Part shown: positions 1 to 9,348 of the stretch, piece by piece
Numbering within the stretch: the stretch's first letter is position 1
Layout: each line of letters begins with the position of its first letter
The notes under the pieces: model-generated
What the model saw: the letters and a program-made list of their open reading frames with translations, nothing else
Told to the model about the DNA's origin: nothing
Databases searched by the model: none
Translations under genes and position numbers: made by a program
Source of the DNA: Shigella phage CWP003
Length of the DNA stretch: 64,000 nt
Direction: 5' to 3' (one strand)
Sequence record: OL856099

Positions 1-1295
1 ACCAGTTTGACATCAACTTGTCAGACTTCGACAGCATCATCATGAACCAGTACCAGCTTGTGGCCGCAATCGCAAAAGTTCCGTCGACCAAACTGCTTGG
101 GACTTCGCCAAAAGGCTTTAACGCCACTGGTGAATTCGAGATGGTCAGCTATCACGAAGAGTTGGAAACGTGCCAGCAGCATGACCTGACAAAAATTCTC
201 GACCGCCATTACAAAATCCTTCTCAAATCAGAAGGGGTGAATGTCGATGTTAAGGTTGCATGGGAACCAGTTGGCTCACTTACTGCTACTCAACTTGCAG
301 AAATCAATGATAAGCGAGCCAACACTGGCAAAACTCTTATTGATGCTGGCGTCATTTCTCCTGATGAAGAGCGCGACCGCATCAAAGACGACAAAAACAG
401 CGGCTACAACCGTCTGCCGGAAGACGCAGCAGAAGAAACCCCAGGGATGTCTCCAGAGAATATGGCATTGCTTGGCAAGTCTGCTGGTGAAGTCCTGCAA
501 GGTAAGGCCGATATTGAACAGGCGAAAGCTGATGTCGTTAAGATGGGCGGCCAGTTCTATAGCGAAACAGGTATTATGCCAGAGGGTGCCGCGCGTGGTG
601 AGTTGGCGGAAAACCCTGACAAAGCGCCTGTCGAAATCAACATGGACGATACCGATGATGAATCAAGCCATCAGGTTGATGTCCTAACGCAGTTGAAAGA
701 AGGGCTGGAGGGTATTGCGGATTACTACCTGAAAGAAGGTCAGGATGTGGATTTTGACCCTCAAAAAGATTCACGGTCGGTGCAACCGTCTACCCTTCCA
801 AGCGTTAAAGGACACGTCGTCAACTTACGCCACAACGTGGGTAAAATGGACGCAGCATCATTACCTAAGATGAAGTTGCACGGAATGATTCTTGGCATTG
901 AGAATCCGCGAAACAGCATTCGTAGAGGAAACAGCCTTGACGGTGAATGGGCCGTGAAGATGCCGCACCACTACGGATTCATCAAGGGCACCAAGGGCGC
1001 AGACGGTGATGAAGTCGACTGTTTTGTGGGTCCAAATCTTAAGTCGCCGAAAGTCTTTATCGTGAACCAAAACGATAACTACTCTGGCGAGTTTGATGAA
1101 CACAAGTGTATGCTTGGATTCGATTCAGCAGAAGAAGCGAAAGAAGCTTATCAAGCATCATTTGGTAACGGTTGGAACGGATTCGACTCAATCCACGAAT
1201 TAGATGTGAACTCATTCAAGGAGTGGTTGAAGGGTGATTGCTCTCAAGCATACGGAGCACTCAATAATCCTACTAATTCACCGAAGCAAGGTTGA
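1..1295 (+). CDS. portal-like head protein, 5' end outside window, with C-terminal inorganic-pyrophosphatase-like region
   Basis: Frame is open from window edge (no stop upstream of nt 18) to TGA 1293-1295; sits directly upstream of MuF-like gene; C-terminal part contains YGFIKGTKGADGDEVDCFVG, matching the family I pyrophosphatase D-x-D-x-x-D signature. Confidence 0.45.
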   Translation, partial: QFDINLSDFDSIIMNQYQLVAAIAKVPSTKLLGTSPKGFNATGEFEMVSYHEELETCQQHDLTKILDRHYKILLKSEGVNVDVKVAWEPVGSLTATQLAEINDKRANTGKTLIDAGVISPDEERDRIKDDKNSGYNRLPEDAAEETPGMSPENMALLGKSAGEVLQGKADIEQAKADVVKMGGQFYSETGIMPEGAARGELAENPDKAPVEINMDDTDDESSHQVDVLTQLKEGLEGIADYYLKEGQDVDFDPQKDSRSVQPSTLPSVKGHVVNLRHNVGKMDAASLPKMKLHGMILGIENPRNSIRRGNSLDGEWAVKMPHHYGFIKGTKGADGDEVDCFVGPNLKSPKVFIVNQNDNYSGEFDEHKCMLGFDSAEEAKEAYQASFGNGWNGFDSIHELDVNSFKEWLKGDCSQAYGALNNPTNSPKQG

Positions 1296-1296
1296 T

Positions 1297-2148
1297 ATGG
1301 CTTTTAAAGCTTCGAAAAAACGTGAACGCCGCGCACCCGATAGAGTCGGGCGCGGCAGTCCGATAATCCCATCAAACGCTATTGCGATGGCCTACCGTCG
1401 TGAGATGAAAGGTCTTTGCTATGCGATGATTGATGACTATCAGGCAGGAATTTCAGAGTGGCTTGAAAAGAAGCAGGTGCAGAAGTTCTTTGCGCAAGAC
1501 TCTGCTGATTCAACATTCCAAACTCTTATGAAACGTCTGCAGCTGAAATGGGCAAAGGCGTTTGCTCGTGTTGGGTCGAAGATTGCCGCTGATTTTATCA
1601 AGTCGGTTGAAAAGGGGGCTACTTCTGCTACATTCGCCAGCCTTAAGTCCGCAGGCATAGAAGCGCCAAAGGCCACATATAACAAATTCGTTGAGAACAC
1701 TCTTAGAACAAGCGAGACGTTTAACACGACTCTAGTGACTAAGGTCGGCGAGGATATTCACAACAGAGTGTACGAAGCAGTCATGCTTTCGCTGACTTCG
1801 CCCGACCCAGCCCAGCAAGGCACGTCAGGCATTCAGGCGGCGCTGCGAAACGTAAAACACTTCTCTGCAAAGAGAGTCGACTTAATCGCTAAAGACCAGA
1901 CAAGCAAATTGTATTGCGTTCTAAGCGATGAAAGGATGCGCCAGAATGGAGTTGAAGAATTTGAATGGGCGCACTCAGGAGCAGGAAAGGAGCCGCGAAT
2001 CTCTCATGAACATGTCGACGGAATGAGATTCAAACTTGATGACAAGCGTCTATGGGAAGTGGGCGGAGAGTTGAAGTTCAAAAAGGGTGACATCGGTCCT
2101 CCTGGATGGGCGATACACTGCAAGTGCAGAAAAATACCAATCATTTGA
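1297..2148 (+). CDS. phage head morphogenesis protein (Mu F-like / SPP1 gp7-like minor head protein)
   Basis: ATG 4 nt after upstream stop; C-terminal HVDGMRFKLDD...GPPGWAIHCKCR resembles the MuF domain; position after portal-like gene. Confidence 0.6.
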   Translation: MAFKASKKRERRAPDRVGRGSPIIPSNAIAMAYRREMKGLCYAMIDDYQAGISEWLEKKQVQKFFAQDSADSTFQTLMKRLQLKWAKAFARVGSKIAADFIKSVEKGATSATFASLKSAGIEAPKATYNKFVENTLRTSETFNTTLVTKVGEDIHNRVYEAVMLSLTSPDPAQQGTSGIQAALRNVKHFSAKRVDLIAKDQTSKLYCVLSDERMRQNGVEEFEWAHSGAGKEPRISHEHVDGMRFKLDDKRLWEVGGELKFKKGDIGPPGWAIHCKCRKIPII

Positions 2149-2155
2149 GGTCATT

Positions 2156-3076
2156 ATGACGATACCAATCAGCACGTTTCCTCTATCTGGACAAACGCCA
2201 GTATTGCCTGCTGTATATGCTAACGGTTTGGCGATTGTTTCGGAATTCACATCCGATAAAAACCTGATTGTTCCATTGAGTCCGCCATTGGCGTCTGGAT
2301 ACAATTCAGTTGGCCAGTTCTTTATGATCGGTAATGATGGCGATTCTACCAGCAAGCCGAATCTGACACTTTCAGTTCCCAAAATGAACATAACAGACGT
2401 GCAGACTGGTTTAACTGCATCTACGATCACCATCGCTTTTGGAGAAGCAGTGATTATAGGCATGGAGTCTGGAGGGTCCAAGAATGCTGTCGCCGTTAAG
2501 GTAGTCAAATCCAGCAGCAACCAATACACACTACCAGCGGCAACGGCTTCTGTTCTTGGCGGCGTCAAAATAGGAAGTGGCATAAGCGTTGCAGGTGACG
2601 GTACAATTAGTGTGACTCAATACTCATTACCGATTGCATCAGCATCAACCTTGGGTGGCATAAAGGTAGGAACGACACTATCAATTGATGGTTCTGGCGT
2701 CCTTAATGCTGCTGCAAGCACTGTGCAGAACGCAAGCAACAGCGTAAGCAATCCTCCGACAACTCTGGTGAATCTGGCAACCTTAAACCTGCCTGCAGGG
2801 AAATGGCTTGTGACAGCAAGTCAGTTGACTGTCGCGACAGCAGGAGTTCAAGCGAATACCGGAATTACAGTCAAGCTGTCAACAAGTAATTCAGATATTA
2901 CGGATGATGCATTTACAATGTCAGCTGGCATTCGGGCTGCAGGTCGTTTCGGCGGCAATATCCCAACAAAGATAATTACTCTTGCCGCGCCTGGCAACGT
3001 GTATCTAAACTATCAATGCACAGACGCATTGACATCTACCGTTTACGGACAGATCACCGCAATTAAGTTGAACTAA
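2156..3076 (+). CDS. structural protein with internal tandem repeats (fibre-like)
   Basis: ATG at 2156 after GAGG; repeated segment YTLPAATASVLGGVKIGSGISVAGDGTISV / YSLPIASASTLGGIKVGTTLSIDGSGV. Confidence 0.45.
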   Translation: MTIPISTFPLSGQTPVLPAVYANGLAIVSEFTSDKNLIVPLSPPLASGYNSVGQFFMIGNDGDSTSKPNLTLSVPKMNITDVQTGLTASTITIAFGEAVIIGMESGGSKNAVAVKVVKSSSNQYTLPAATASVLGGVKIGSGISVAGDGTISVTQYSLPIASASTLGGIKVGTTLSIDGSGVLNAAASTVQNASNSVSNPPTTLVNLATLNLPAGKWLVTASQLTVATAGVQANTGITVKLSTSNSDITDDAFTMSAGIRAAGRFGGNIPTKIITLAAPGNVYLNYQCTDALTSTVYGQITAIKLN

Positions 3077-3086
3077 AGAGGAAGTT

Positions 3087-3224
3087 ATGCAAAAGATTAT
3101 TCAGTCACGTTACGTTAAAGTGCGAAATATTAATTGCAACTCTTTGCTTTCTTGGAAATGGGCTGTTTACGACTCGATGCTGATTGGCGTTTTAGTTGCT
3201 GGAGTGCTTTTTAATATTCACTGA
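3087..3224 (+). CDS. small membrane protein (45 aa)
   Basis: ATG preceded by AGAGGAAG; hydrophobic C-terminal segment MLIGVLVAGVLF; below the ORF-table size cutoff. Confidence 0.25.
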   Translation: MQKIIQSRYVKVRNINCNSLLSWKWAVYDSMLIGVLVAGVLFNIH

Positions 3225-3270
3225 ATCGCCTGGCAATGGATTGCCGCAGGATTTTACGCGTATAATGACG

Positions 3271-3531
3271 TATCATCCGTATCAAGTAAGTAGTTGTTTT
3301 CAAAAGAATCTTACGGATGATACGGATGATACGCGTTGCCGCGATACTTTATAGGAATTCAAATAAATTAATTTAAAATTATATATCTAATTTAATTTTA
3401 TTTTTTTATAAACTCTTATATATGAAAAGTATCCGTATCATCCGTATCATCCGTAGCACACCAGTGATAGCGCGGCTTATACACTGATACGGATAAAAAT
3501 ACGCCTCATTTTATCCGTATCATCCGTATCA
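3271..3531. repeat. iteron-like array of 9-bp unit ATCCGTATC (both orientations) flanking an AT-rich core at 3355-3425
   Basis: GTATCATCCGTATC 3271-3284; inverted copies 3314-3334; three tandem units 3432-3458; further copies 3488-3496 and 3514-3531. Confidence 0.6.
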
Positions 3532-3588
3532 CACTAATTAAGGCGCGGCTATATCGGTTGTTATACATATTCAAACCATAATTATTGT

Positions 3589-3617
3589 TTGCCTAAGTTT
3601 TTTTCATTAGATATAAT
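3589..3617 (+). promoter_or_regulatory. sigma70-type promoter upstream of scaffold/capsid genes
   Basis: TTGCCT, 17-nt spacer, TATAAT, about 30 nt upstream of start at 3647. Confidence 0.45.
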
Positions 3618-3646
3618 ACACAATACTTATTTGAGGGTGGATGCGA

Positions 3647-5059
3647 ATGCAAACGGCACGCGAAATTGACAAAAATGGATTCTTGACGATTGTGGGTTGT
3701 CCCATTTCGTCATTTGGCATTTTTGATTATTCTGCAGGTCAGGTTGGACTTGATGGTGATCCGAATCGCATCGTAAAAGTTTATCGCCCAGAGTCAGCGG
3801 TGAAAGACCCCGAAGCGATAGATTCATTCAAAAATATCCCTTTCATCGACAATCACGAAATGCTTTCTGGATTCGAAGGTGATGAGGATAACACAGCACC
3901 CGAAGAGTATGGCGTTGATGGCGTTCTAACTGGCAATGTTTATTATGACAAGCCATGGATGCGCGGCGACCTTAAAGTTTTTAGCCGTCGTCTGAAGAAA
4001 GCCATCGATTCTGGAAAGGTTGACTTGTCTTTGGGCTATGACTGTGAATTCATCATACAGTCTGGAGAGTTTGACGGGCAGCCGTATGAAGTGGTACAGA
4101 CAACTCTTCGCGGCAACCACATTGCTCTCGTGGACGTTGGTCGAGTACCAGGTGCACGGGTGCTGGATGGTCGTTGCTTTGACCATCTTTGTTTGACGAC
4201 TGTAACACCATCCAACGAGGATTTAGACATGCCAAAACCGTTAAAAGGTAAAGCGCGTGATAATGCTGTTGAACAGCTGAAATCACTGATCCCTGCGCTC
4301 GAACAATTTCTGAATGAAGAGAGCACCGAAGCTGCTCATCAGGACGAAGTTGAAGTGAAAGCAGAAGAGAAGGATTCAACCGAAGAACGTGAAGAAGTGA
4401 TGGTTGATCCAGAAGTTAAAGCAGAAGCTGAAGAGACTCCAGAAGGTGAAGAGAAGTTTGAAGTTGAATCTGAATCTCACGCTGGCGGCGAGCTTCCGCA
4501 ACTGATCAGCCAAATCGAAGCACTTATTGCAAAACTGAAAGGTGGCGCGGTAGGTGATGAAGAAGAAGTTGAAGCCGAAGTCAAAGACGAAGAAGTTGAA
4601 GTCAAGGCTGAAGATGTATCACCTTGCGACAAAGCTGAAGATGTGGTTAGCGGCCTGCAAAACAGCAACGTAAAGGGGGCTTCGGTCGAAAAAGATGACA
4701 AACCGACAAAAGCGGCGAAAGCGTCGCCAGGTCCAGCAAAAGGGGAACACTCAATGGCATCTGATTCAGCAGTTGCTGCTTTCTACGCTGATTCTGCTCG
4801 TAAGAATAGCCTCTACCAGCGCCTGTCTAAAGTTGTTGGTGCCTTTGATCATGCAACTATGGACTCCAAGTCCGTAGCGAAATATGGCGCTAAAAAGTTA
4901 GGCTTGAAGTGCGTTGATGGTGCTGAGTTTGACGTGGTGGATAATTATCTGCGCGGCGTTGAACACGGTCAAAAACAGCGTGTAGTCGCAAAACAAAAGG
5001 CCGCTGCGGATTCTGCAGCAACTGACGAAGCATTTGAAGCTTGGTTGAAAGGGGAATAA
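3647..5059 (+). CDS. scaffolding / prohead protease-like protein with acidic E/V/K-rich repeat region
   Basis: GAGGGTGG RBS 6 nt before ATG 3647 (alternative ATG 3641); long acidic low-complexity stretch typical of scaffolds; position before capsid gene. Confidence 0.5.
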   Translation: MQTAREIDKNGFLTIVGCPISSFGIFDYSAGQVGLDGDPNRIVKVYRPESAVKDPEAIDSFKNIPFIDNHEMLSGFEGDEDNTAPEEYGVDGVLTGNVYYDKPWMRGDLKVFSRRLKKAIDSGKVDLSLGYDCEFIIQSGEFDGQPYEVVQTTLRGNHIALVDVGRVPGARVLDGRCFDHLCLTTVTPSNEDLDMPKPLKGKARDNAVEQLKSLIPALEQFLNEESTEAAHQDEVEVKAEEKDSTEEREEVMVDPEVKAEAEETPEGEEKFEVESESHAGGELPQLISQIEALIAKLKGGAVGDEEEVEAEVKDEEVEVKAEDVSPCDKAEDVVSGLQNSNVKGASVEKDDKPTKAAKASPGPAKGEHSMASDSAVAAFYADSARKNSLYQRLSKVVGAFDHATMDSKSVAKYGAKKLGLKCVDGAEFDVVDNYLRGVEHGQKQRVVAKQKAAADSAATDEAFEAWLKGE

Positions 5060-5061
5060 AT

Positions 5062-5679
5062 ATGACTTTCCAAACTAGTGTAGGCCGTCAATATACAACT
5101 GGCTTTCCTGGCGACATCGTTCGCGACGGCCCACAGCGTGGGAAGCCAGGTCGAATCGTTAGCGCCAACGACGGTGCAAACGTAAACGCCATCAGCCGTG
5201 TGTTTGGTTTTAAAGCTGACGTATCTTTAATGGGTACTGGCCAAACCAAAACTTTGGGCGCGCAGGACTTTGAAGTTGAGCTGGGCGGCACCAACTACTA
5301 CGGCATCCTCGGCAATAGCAAGCGTTATGCGCTGTATGGCAACTCTACTGGTCCTTTGGGCGCCAGCATGGTTCTGCCTCAATATAGCGAAGGCGAGTTC
5401 TACGATATGTGCACGGGCCTCGTAGTTGAAGTATTCAACCCTGGCACCAGTCCGCAGACGCTGAACTACGGCGACCTGCTCGCTTATGTACCTAAAGGCA
5501 TCTCAAGCGTGAACAACCCGAACAACTTGCCTATCGGTGCAATTATCGCCTATACTGGCTCACTGCCAACTGGCATGGTTGCCATTCCAGGCGGTATCGT
5601 GATTGACCCGACTGCTATTGCCCTTTCCGGCCCAAGCGTCCAGTCTTCCACTTATACCATTGTACAATTGACTCGTTAA
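5062..5679 (+). CDS. capsid-associated hypothetical protein
   Basis: AAGGGG RBS; lies between scaffold and major capsid genes. Confidence 0.4.
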   Translation: MTFQTSVGRQYTTGFPGDIVRDGPQRGKPGRIVSANDGANVNAISRVFGFKADVSLMGTGQTKTLGAQDFEVELGGTNYYGILGNSKRYALYGNSTGPLGASMVLPQYSEGEFYDMCTGLVVEVFNPGTSPQTLNYGDLLAYVPKGISSVNNPNNLPIGAIIAYTGSLPTGMVAIPGGIVIDPTAIALSGPSVQSSTYTIVQLTR

Positions 5680-5693
5680 TAGGCAGGTGAATA

Positions 5694-6833
5694 ATGACTC
5701 GCATTAGCCAAACACACTCTCGCCTCCCAGCGAGCAAGGTGCGCCCTTTTGATATGCAATCCGTTACCGACGCGGCTGTTTCCCAGCTTGCTCGTATCGG
5801 TATTGTGTTTGATTCCGCGATTGTGCGTGATCAGATTGAGCACTTAAACCGTGCAGGCGCTTTCCGCGTAGGTGACGCCGCGTTTACCGCGCCGCAGACC
5901 ACGCCATCAATCCCGACCCCGCTGCAGTTCCTGCAACAGTGGCTGCCTGGCTTCGTCAAAATCATGACCGCTGCCCGTAAAATTGACGAGCTGGTTGGTA
6001 TTGACACCGTTGGTCAGTGGGAAGATGCAGAAATCGTTCAGGGCATCGTTGAACCAGCTGGCACCGCAGTTGAATATGGTGATTTCACCTCTATTCCTCT
6101 GGCAAGTTGGAACGTGAACTTTGAACGTCGTTCCATCGTTCGCGGTGAAATGGGCATGGCAGTCGGCATGCTGGAAGAAGGCCGCGCGTCTGCGATGCGT
6201 CTGAACTCCGCAGAGACCAAGCGCCAGCAGGCTGCTGTATCTCTGGAAATCATGCGTAACGCAATCGGCTTCTATGGTTGGTACAACGGGAACAACCGCA
6301 CGTTCGGCTTCCTGAATGATCCAAACCTGCCAGCGGCGATGACTTCAAACACCACTTCCGGCTGGGCTACTGCGACCTTCCAACAGGTGACTGCAGACAT
6401 CCGTTTGATGGTCCGTCAAATTCGTGTAAACTCTCAGGATCAGATTGATCCAGAGAAGGTTGACATGACTCTGGCGTTGCCGACCAACTCTATTGATTGG
6501 CTGTCAAACACCACCGACTTCGGTATTTCTGTACGTGACTGGATCACCCAGACTTATCCGAAGATGAAGATCAAATCTGCACCGGAACTCAACGGCGCAC
6601 TTGGCAGTGACCCGACTTTCCTGAACGTGGCATATCTGTATGCTGATCACATCGATTCCTCGATTGATGGCTCAAGCGATGATGGTTCCGTATTCAGTCA
6701 GCTGGTCCAGACTAAGTTCATGACTCTGGGCGTTGAGAAACGTGCTAAGAGCTACGTTGAAGACTACGCAAACGCAACAGCAGGCGTTCTGCTCAAGCGT
6801 CCTTTCGCAGTCGTCCGTATGACTGGTATCTAA
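5694..6833 (+). CDS. putative major capsid protein
   Basis: AGGTGA RBS; 379 aa; position after scaffold; stable hairpin directly downstream. Confidence 0.5.
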   Translation: MTRISQTHSRLPASKVRPFDMQSVTDAAVSQLARIGIVFDSAIVRDQIEHLNRAGAFRVGDAAFTAPQTTPSIPTPLQFLQQWLPGFVKIMTAARKIDELVGIDTVGQWEDAEIVQGIVEPAGTAVEYGDFTSIPLASWNVNFERRSIVRGEMGMAVGMLEEGRASAMRLNSAETKRQQAAVSLEIMRNAIGFYGWYNGNNRTFGFLNDPNLPAAMTSNTTSGWATATFQQVTADIRLMVRQIRVNSQDQIDPEKVDMTLALPTNSIDWLSNTTDFGISVRDWITQTYPKMKIKSAPELNGALGSDPTFLNVAYLYADHIDSSIDGSSDDGSVFSQLVQTKFMTLGVEKRAKSYVEDYANATAGVLLKRPFAVVRMTGI

Positions 6834-6858
6834 TTGCTGTGATTACACAGTAAAACAC

Positions 6859-6888
6859 ATGGGGCGTGGTCGAAAGGCTTCGCCCCAT
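6859..6888 (+). terminator. GC-rich hairpin after capsid gene (terminator or transcript-stabilising element)
   Basis: ATGGGGCG...CGCCCCAT stem; no clear U-tract. Confidence 0.3.
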
Positions 6889-6948
6889 ATCAATAGACCT
6901 CAAGGGCTGTAGGGGCTTATCTGAGGCTTATATAAATAGGACTACAAA

Positions 6949-7413
6949 ATGCCAAAATACATCGTTTCAACTATGTCTATGTCAGTCAACTACACTTTCT
7001 ATACGGAAGTGAAAGAAAACCCGAACGCAAAAGCTGGTTCAGGCGCGCTTCCAAATATTCGCAAACAGATTCTGATTAAGGGCGGCGCTGGTCTTACTTC
7101 GGCAACTTCCGGCTTTGGTGAAATGGCAAAAGGCGCTGATGGGGCACCTTTGTGGACTCCTGAAGGAATCGTCACCGTTGTAAGCGATGCTGATTTTGAA
7201 CATCTAAAAGATCATCACGTATTCAAGCAGCACCTTGAAAAAGGTCTGGTTAAAGTGGTTAACCACGACATCGTTGGCAATCACAAAGCTGTTGCTAAAG
7301 AAGTGCGCAGCATGTCAGATGACCCGTTCGCACCTATGACGCGTGAAACTGCTGACAAGCGCATCAAGGTTAAATTGAGCGGCGAACAAGAAAATGATTT
7401 GTTCCGCGTTTAA
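6949..7413 (+). CDS. hypothetical head protein
   Basis: ORF in structural operon. Confidence 0.45.
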   Translation: MPKYIVSTMSMSVNYTFYTEVKENPNAKAGSGALPNIRKQILIKGGAGLTSATSGFGEMAKGADGAPLWTPEGIVTVVSDADFEHLKDHHVFKQHLEKGLVKVVNHDIVGNHKAVAKEVRSMSDDPFAPMTRETADKRIKVKLSGEQENDLFRV

Positions 7414-7427
7414 ATAAGGTGAATGCC

Positions 7428-7883
7428 ATGTCATTAGATTACGAAAAGTTCAGAATAAAATTTCCACAGTTTGCTGATCAGGTAAAATTCCCTGACACAA
7501 CGCTTCAAGTATTCTATGACATGGCATGTGAATTTATTGAATCACAAGACAGTCCTTGTCGTGTTTTAAATGGCAGTAAATTGGAGCTGGCATTGGAATA
7601 TATGACGGCTCATCTTTTATGCATAGCCACAGACCAACAGGTGTCTGTGTCTTCTGGTGACGGAGTTGAACAAGGCGGCTTCGTGACTGGTGCAACAATC
7701 GGTGACATCACCGTGAATAAGGTAGCGCCGCCAGCAAGTGATGGTTGGGAATACTGGCTTTCAAGCACTCCTTATGGCATGGCGCTTTGGGCGTTTCTGC
7801 AAGCACTGGCTGTCGGCGGCTTGTCGTTTGGCGGTCTTCCAGAGCGCGAAGGATTTCGTAAAATTGGTGGGGTATTCTGGTGA
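7428..7883 (+). CDS. hypothetical head-tail joining protein
   Basis: AAGGTGA RBS before ATG 7428 (table ORF starts at GTG 7419). Confidence 0.45.
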   Translation: MSLDYEKFRIKFPQFADQVKFPDTTLQVFYDMACEFIESQDSPCRVLNGSKLELALEYMTAHLLCIATDQQVSVSSGDGVEQGGFVTGATIGDITVNKVAPPASDGWEYWLSSTPYGMALWAFLQALAVGGLSFGGLPEREGFRKIGGVFW

Positions 7884-8266
7884 GGATTCCTGGCGTAAAC
7901 TTATATCGAGTTGCGACAAAGGTCATCGGTCGCCAACCGATTCAATATTACATGTACAAGGGGCGCACTCTTGATAAAATGCGCAACTACGTTACAACTT
8001 ATGAAGAACCAATCACGCTACTTGCTTCGGTGCAGGCTGTTCTTCGAAATCAATACGTCGAGCTTGGATTAGAGCTTCAAAAGAACTATGTCAAAATCTG
8101 GGTAGACAAAGACATTGTTGACCTTGACCGCGATGCTTCCGGCGACTATTTTGTGTTTGGTGGGAAAACGTATAAAATGGAAGATGAAACGACATGGTTT
8201 GACCAAGATGGTTGGACGTCTTGCCTTGCCGTGGAAGTAAAACAAAGCTTTCCAGTGTCTACTTGA
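7880..8266 (+). CDS. hypothetical head-tail joining protein
   Basis: GTG start overlapping upstream stop; GGTGGGG RBS. Confidence 0.45.
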   Translation: MRIPGVNLYRVATKVIGRQPIQYYMYKGRTLDKMRNYVTTYEEPITLLASVQAVLRNQYVELGLELQKNYVKIWVDKDIVDLDRDASGDYFVFGGKTYKMEDETTWFDQDGWTSCLAVEVKQSFPVST

Positions 8267-8267
8267 G

Positions 8268-8849
8268 GTGCATATGACAGATGTCGACCTGATTGACATG
8301 CTGGCAACGAGAATTGAAGAAGGTCTGGCGGCGTATAGTCGTGCAGACCTTTCTGCTGTTCCGGTCCAGAAAAAGTATCAACCGACTCAACAGGGCATTC
8401 CGACTGGTGATCAAATTTGGTTTAACCTTTTATTCTCAGTTCCTTTTGGATGGTCCATGAGGAAAAGTGAATTTGTCAATGATGAGTCTCAATTCGTAAA
8501 CGGCAAATTTAAAGATATTGAAGATCAGATATACGCAACACGTTTTCAAATCAGCGGCTTATTTCCAGAAGTTCCTGGCAATCCAGAAAAGCCTACTGCT
8601 AATGACGTGTTGACTTATTTGGCAAGATTCATAACTCATAAAGCTAATCTGAGAGATTGGTTCAAAAAGCATCAGGCATCAGTATATCGAATCGACATGA
8701 ATAATAATGAAAAGTTTTATGATGACATGTCACAATTCGAATCATTCCCTTCTTTTGATTTAGTAATACTTCACAGAAACGCAATTTCAATTGATACTCC
8801 TGCAGTGGCAAGAGCTGTTAATAATGATTTGGGTGACGTTCCGGTGTAA
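8268..8849 (+). CDS. hypothetical structural protein
   Basis: ORF tightly packed in structural operon. Confidence 0.45.
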   Translation: MHMTDVDLIDMLATRIEEGLAAYSRADLSAVPVQKKYQPTQQGIPTGDQIWFNLLFSVPFGWSMRKSEFVNDESQFVNGKFKDIEDQIYATRFQISGLFPEVPGNPEKPTANDVLTYLARFITHKANLRDWFKKHQASVYRIDMNNNEKFYDDMSQFESFPSFDLVILHRNAISIDTPAVARAVNNDLGDVPV

Positions 8850-8850
8850 T

Positions 8851-9336
8851 ATGACAAAATCAAAAATGATAGAAAAACAGATTAAGGCACTTCAATCTAT
8901 GAAGGGTCTTACTGTTGAGGCAGGATGGTTTGATTCTACCAGATACCCTTCAGAAACTGGTGGAGAAGGCATGCTGGTGTCAGAAGTCGCGCGGCTTAAC
9001 GAGTTTGGTCACATAGCCGTTTTGAACTTTGGACAAGGCCCAGTCAGGGTAGAAGTGCCACCCAGACCATTCATGAGATATGCCTATGAATTATTCGTTA
9101 GTGAGCGCAGTGAAATAGAGAATAAAATTGCTAAAAAGATTTTTTCCGGTAAAATAGACGCTAGACAGGCATTGGGTCAAATTGGGCTTGCGATGGAAGC
9201 AAAGATTGTCGAATCAATTAAAAACGGACCGTGGCAACCAAACGCCAGATATACTGTACGTGTGAAGGGATTCGACAAGCCTTTGATTCACACTAGCCTC
9301 ATGTGGCAATCTGTCAGCAGCCAAGTCATTAAATAA
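8851..9336 (+). CDS. hypothetical structural protein
   Basis: ATG 2 nt after upstream stop; table ORF 8791 starts inside upstream gene. Confidence 0.45.
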   Translation: MTKSKMIEKQIKALQSMKGLTVEAGWFDSTRYPSETGGEGMLVSEVARLNEFGHIAVLNFGQGPVRVEVPPRPFMRYAYELFVSERSEIENKIAKKIFSGKIDARQALGQIGLAMEAKIVESIKNGPWQPNARYTVRVKGFDKPLIHTSLMWQSVSSQVIK

Positions 9337-9348
9337 GAGGACACCGAC

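Noticed and set aside
2050-2583. antisense ORFs inside long structural and replication genes (also 16577-17116, 23584-24093, 28730-29215, 35563-36057, 36442-36987)
   Set aside because: Each is embedded antisense in a gene with better start context and recognisable motifs; no independent expression signals
3271-3531. CRISPR array
   Set aside because: The repeats are 9-bp units in tandem and inverted orientation without regularly sized unique spacers; this is iteron-like, not CRISPR
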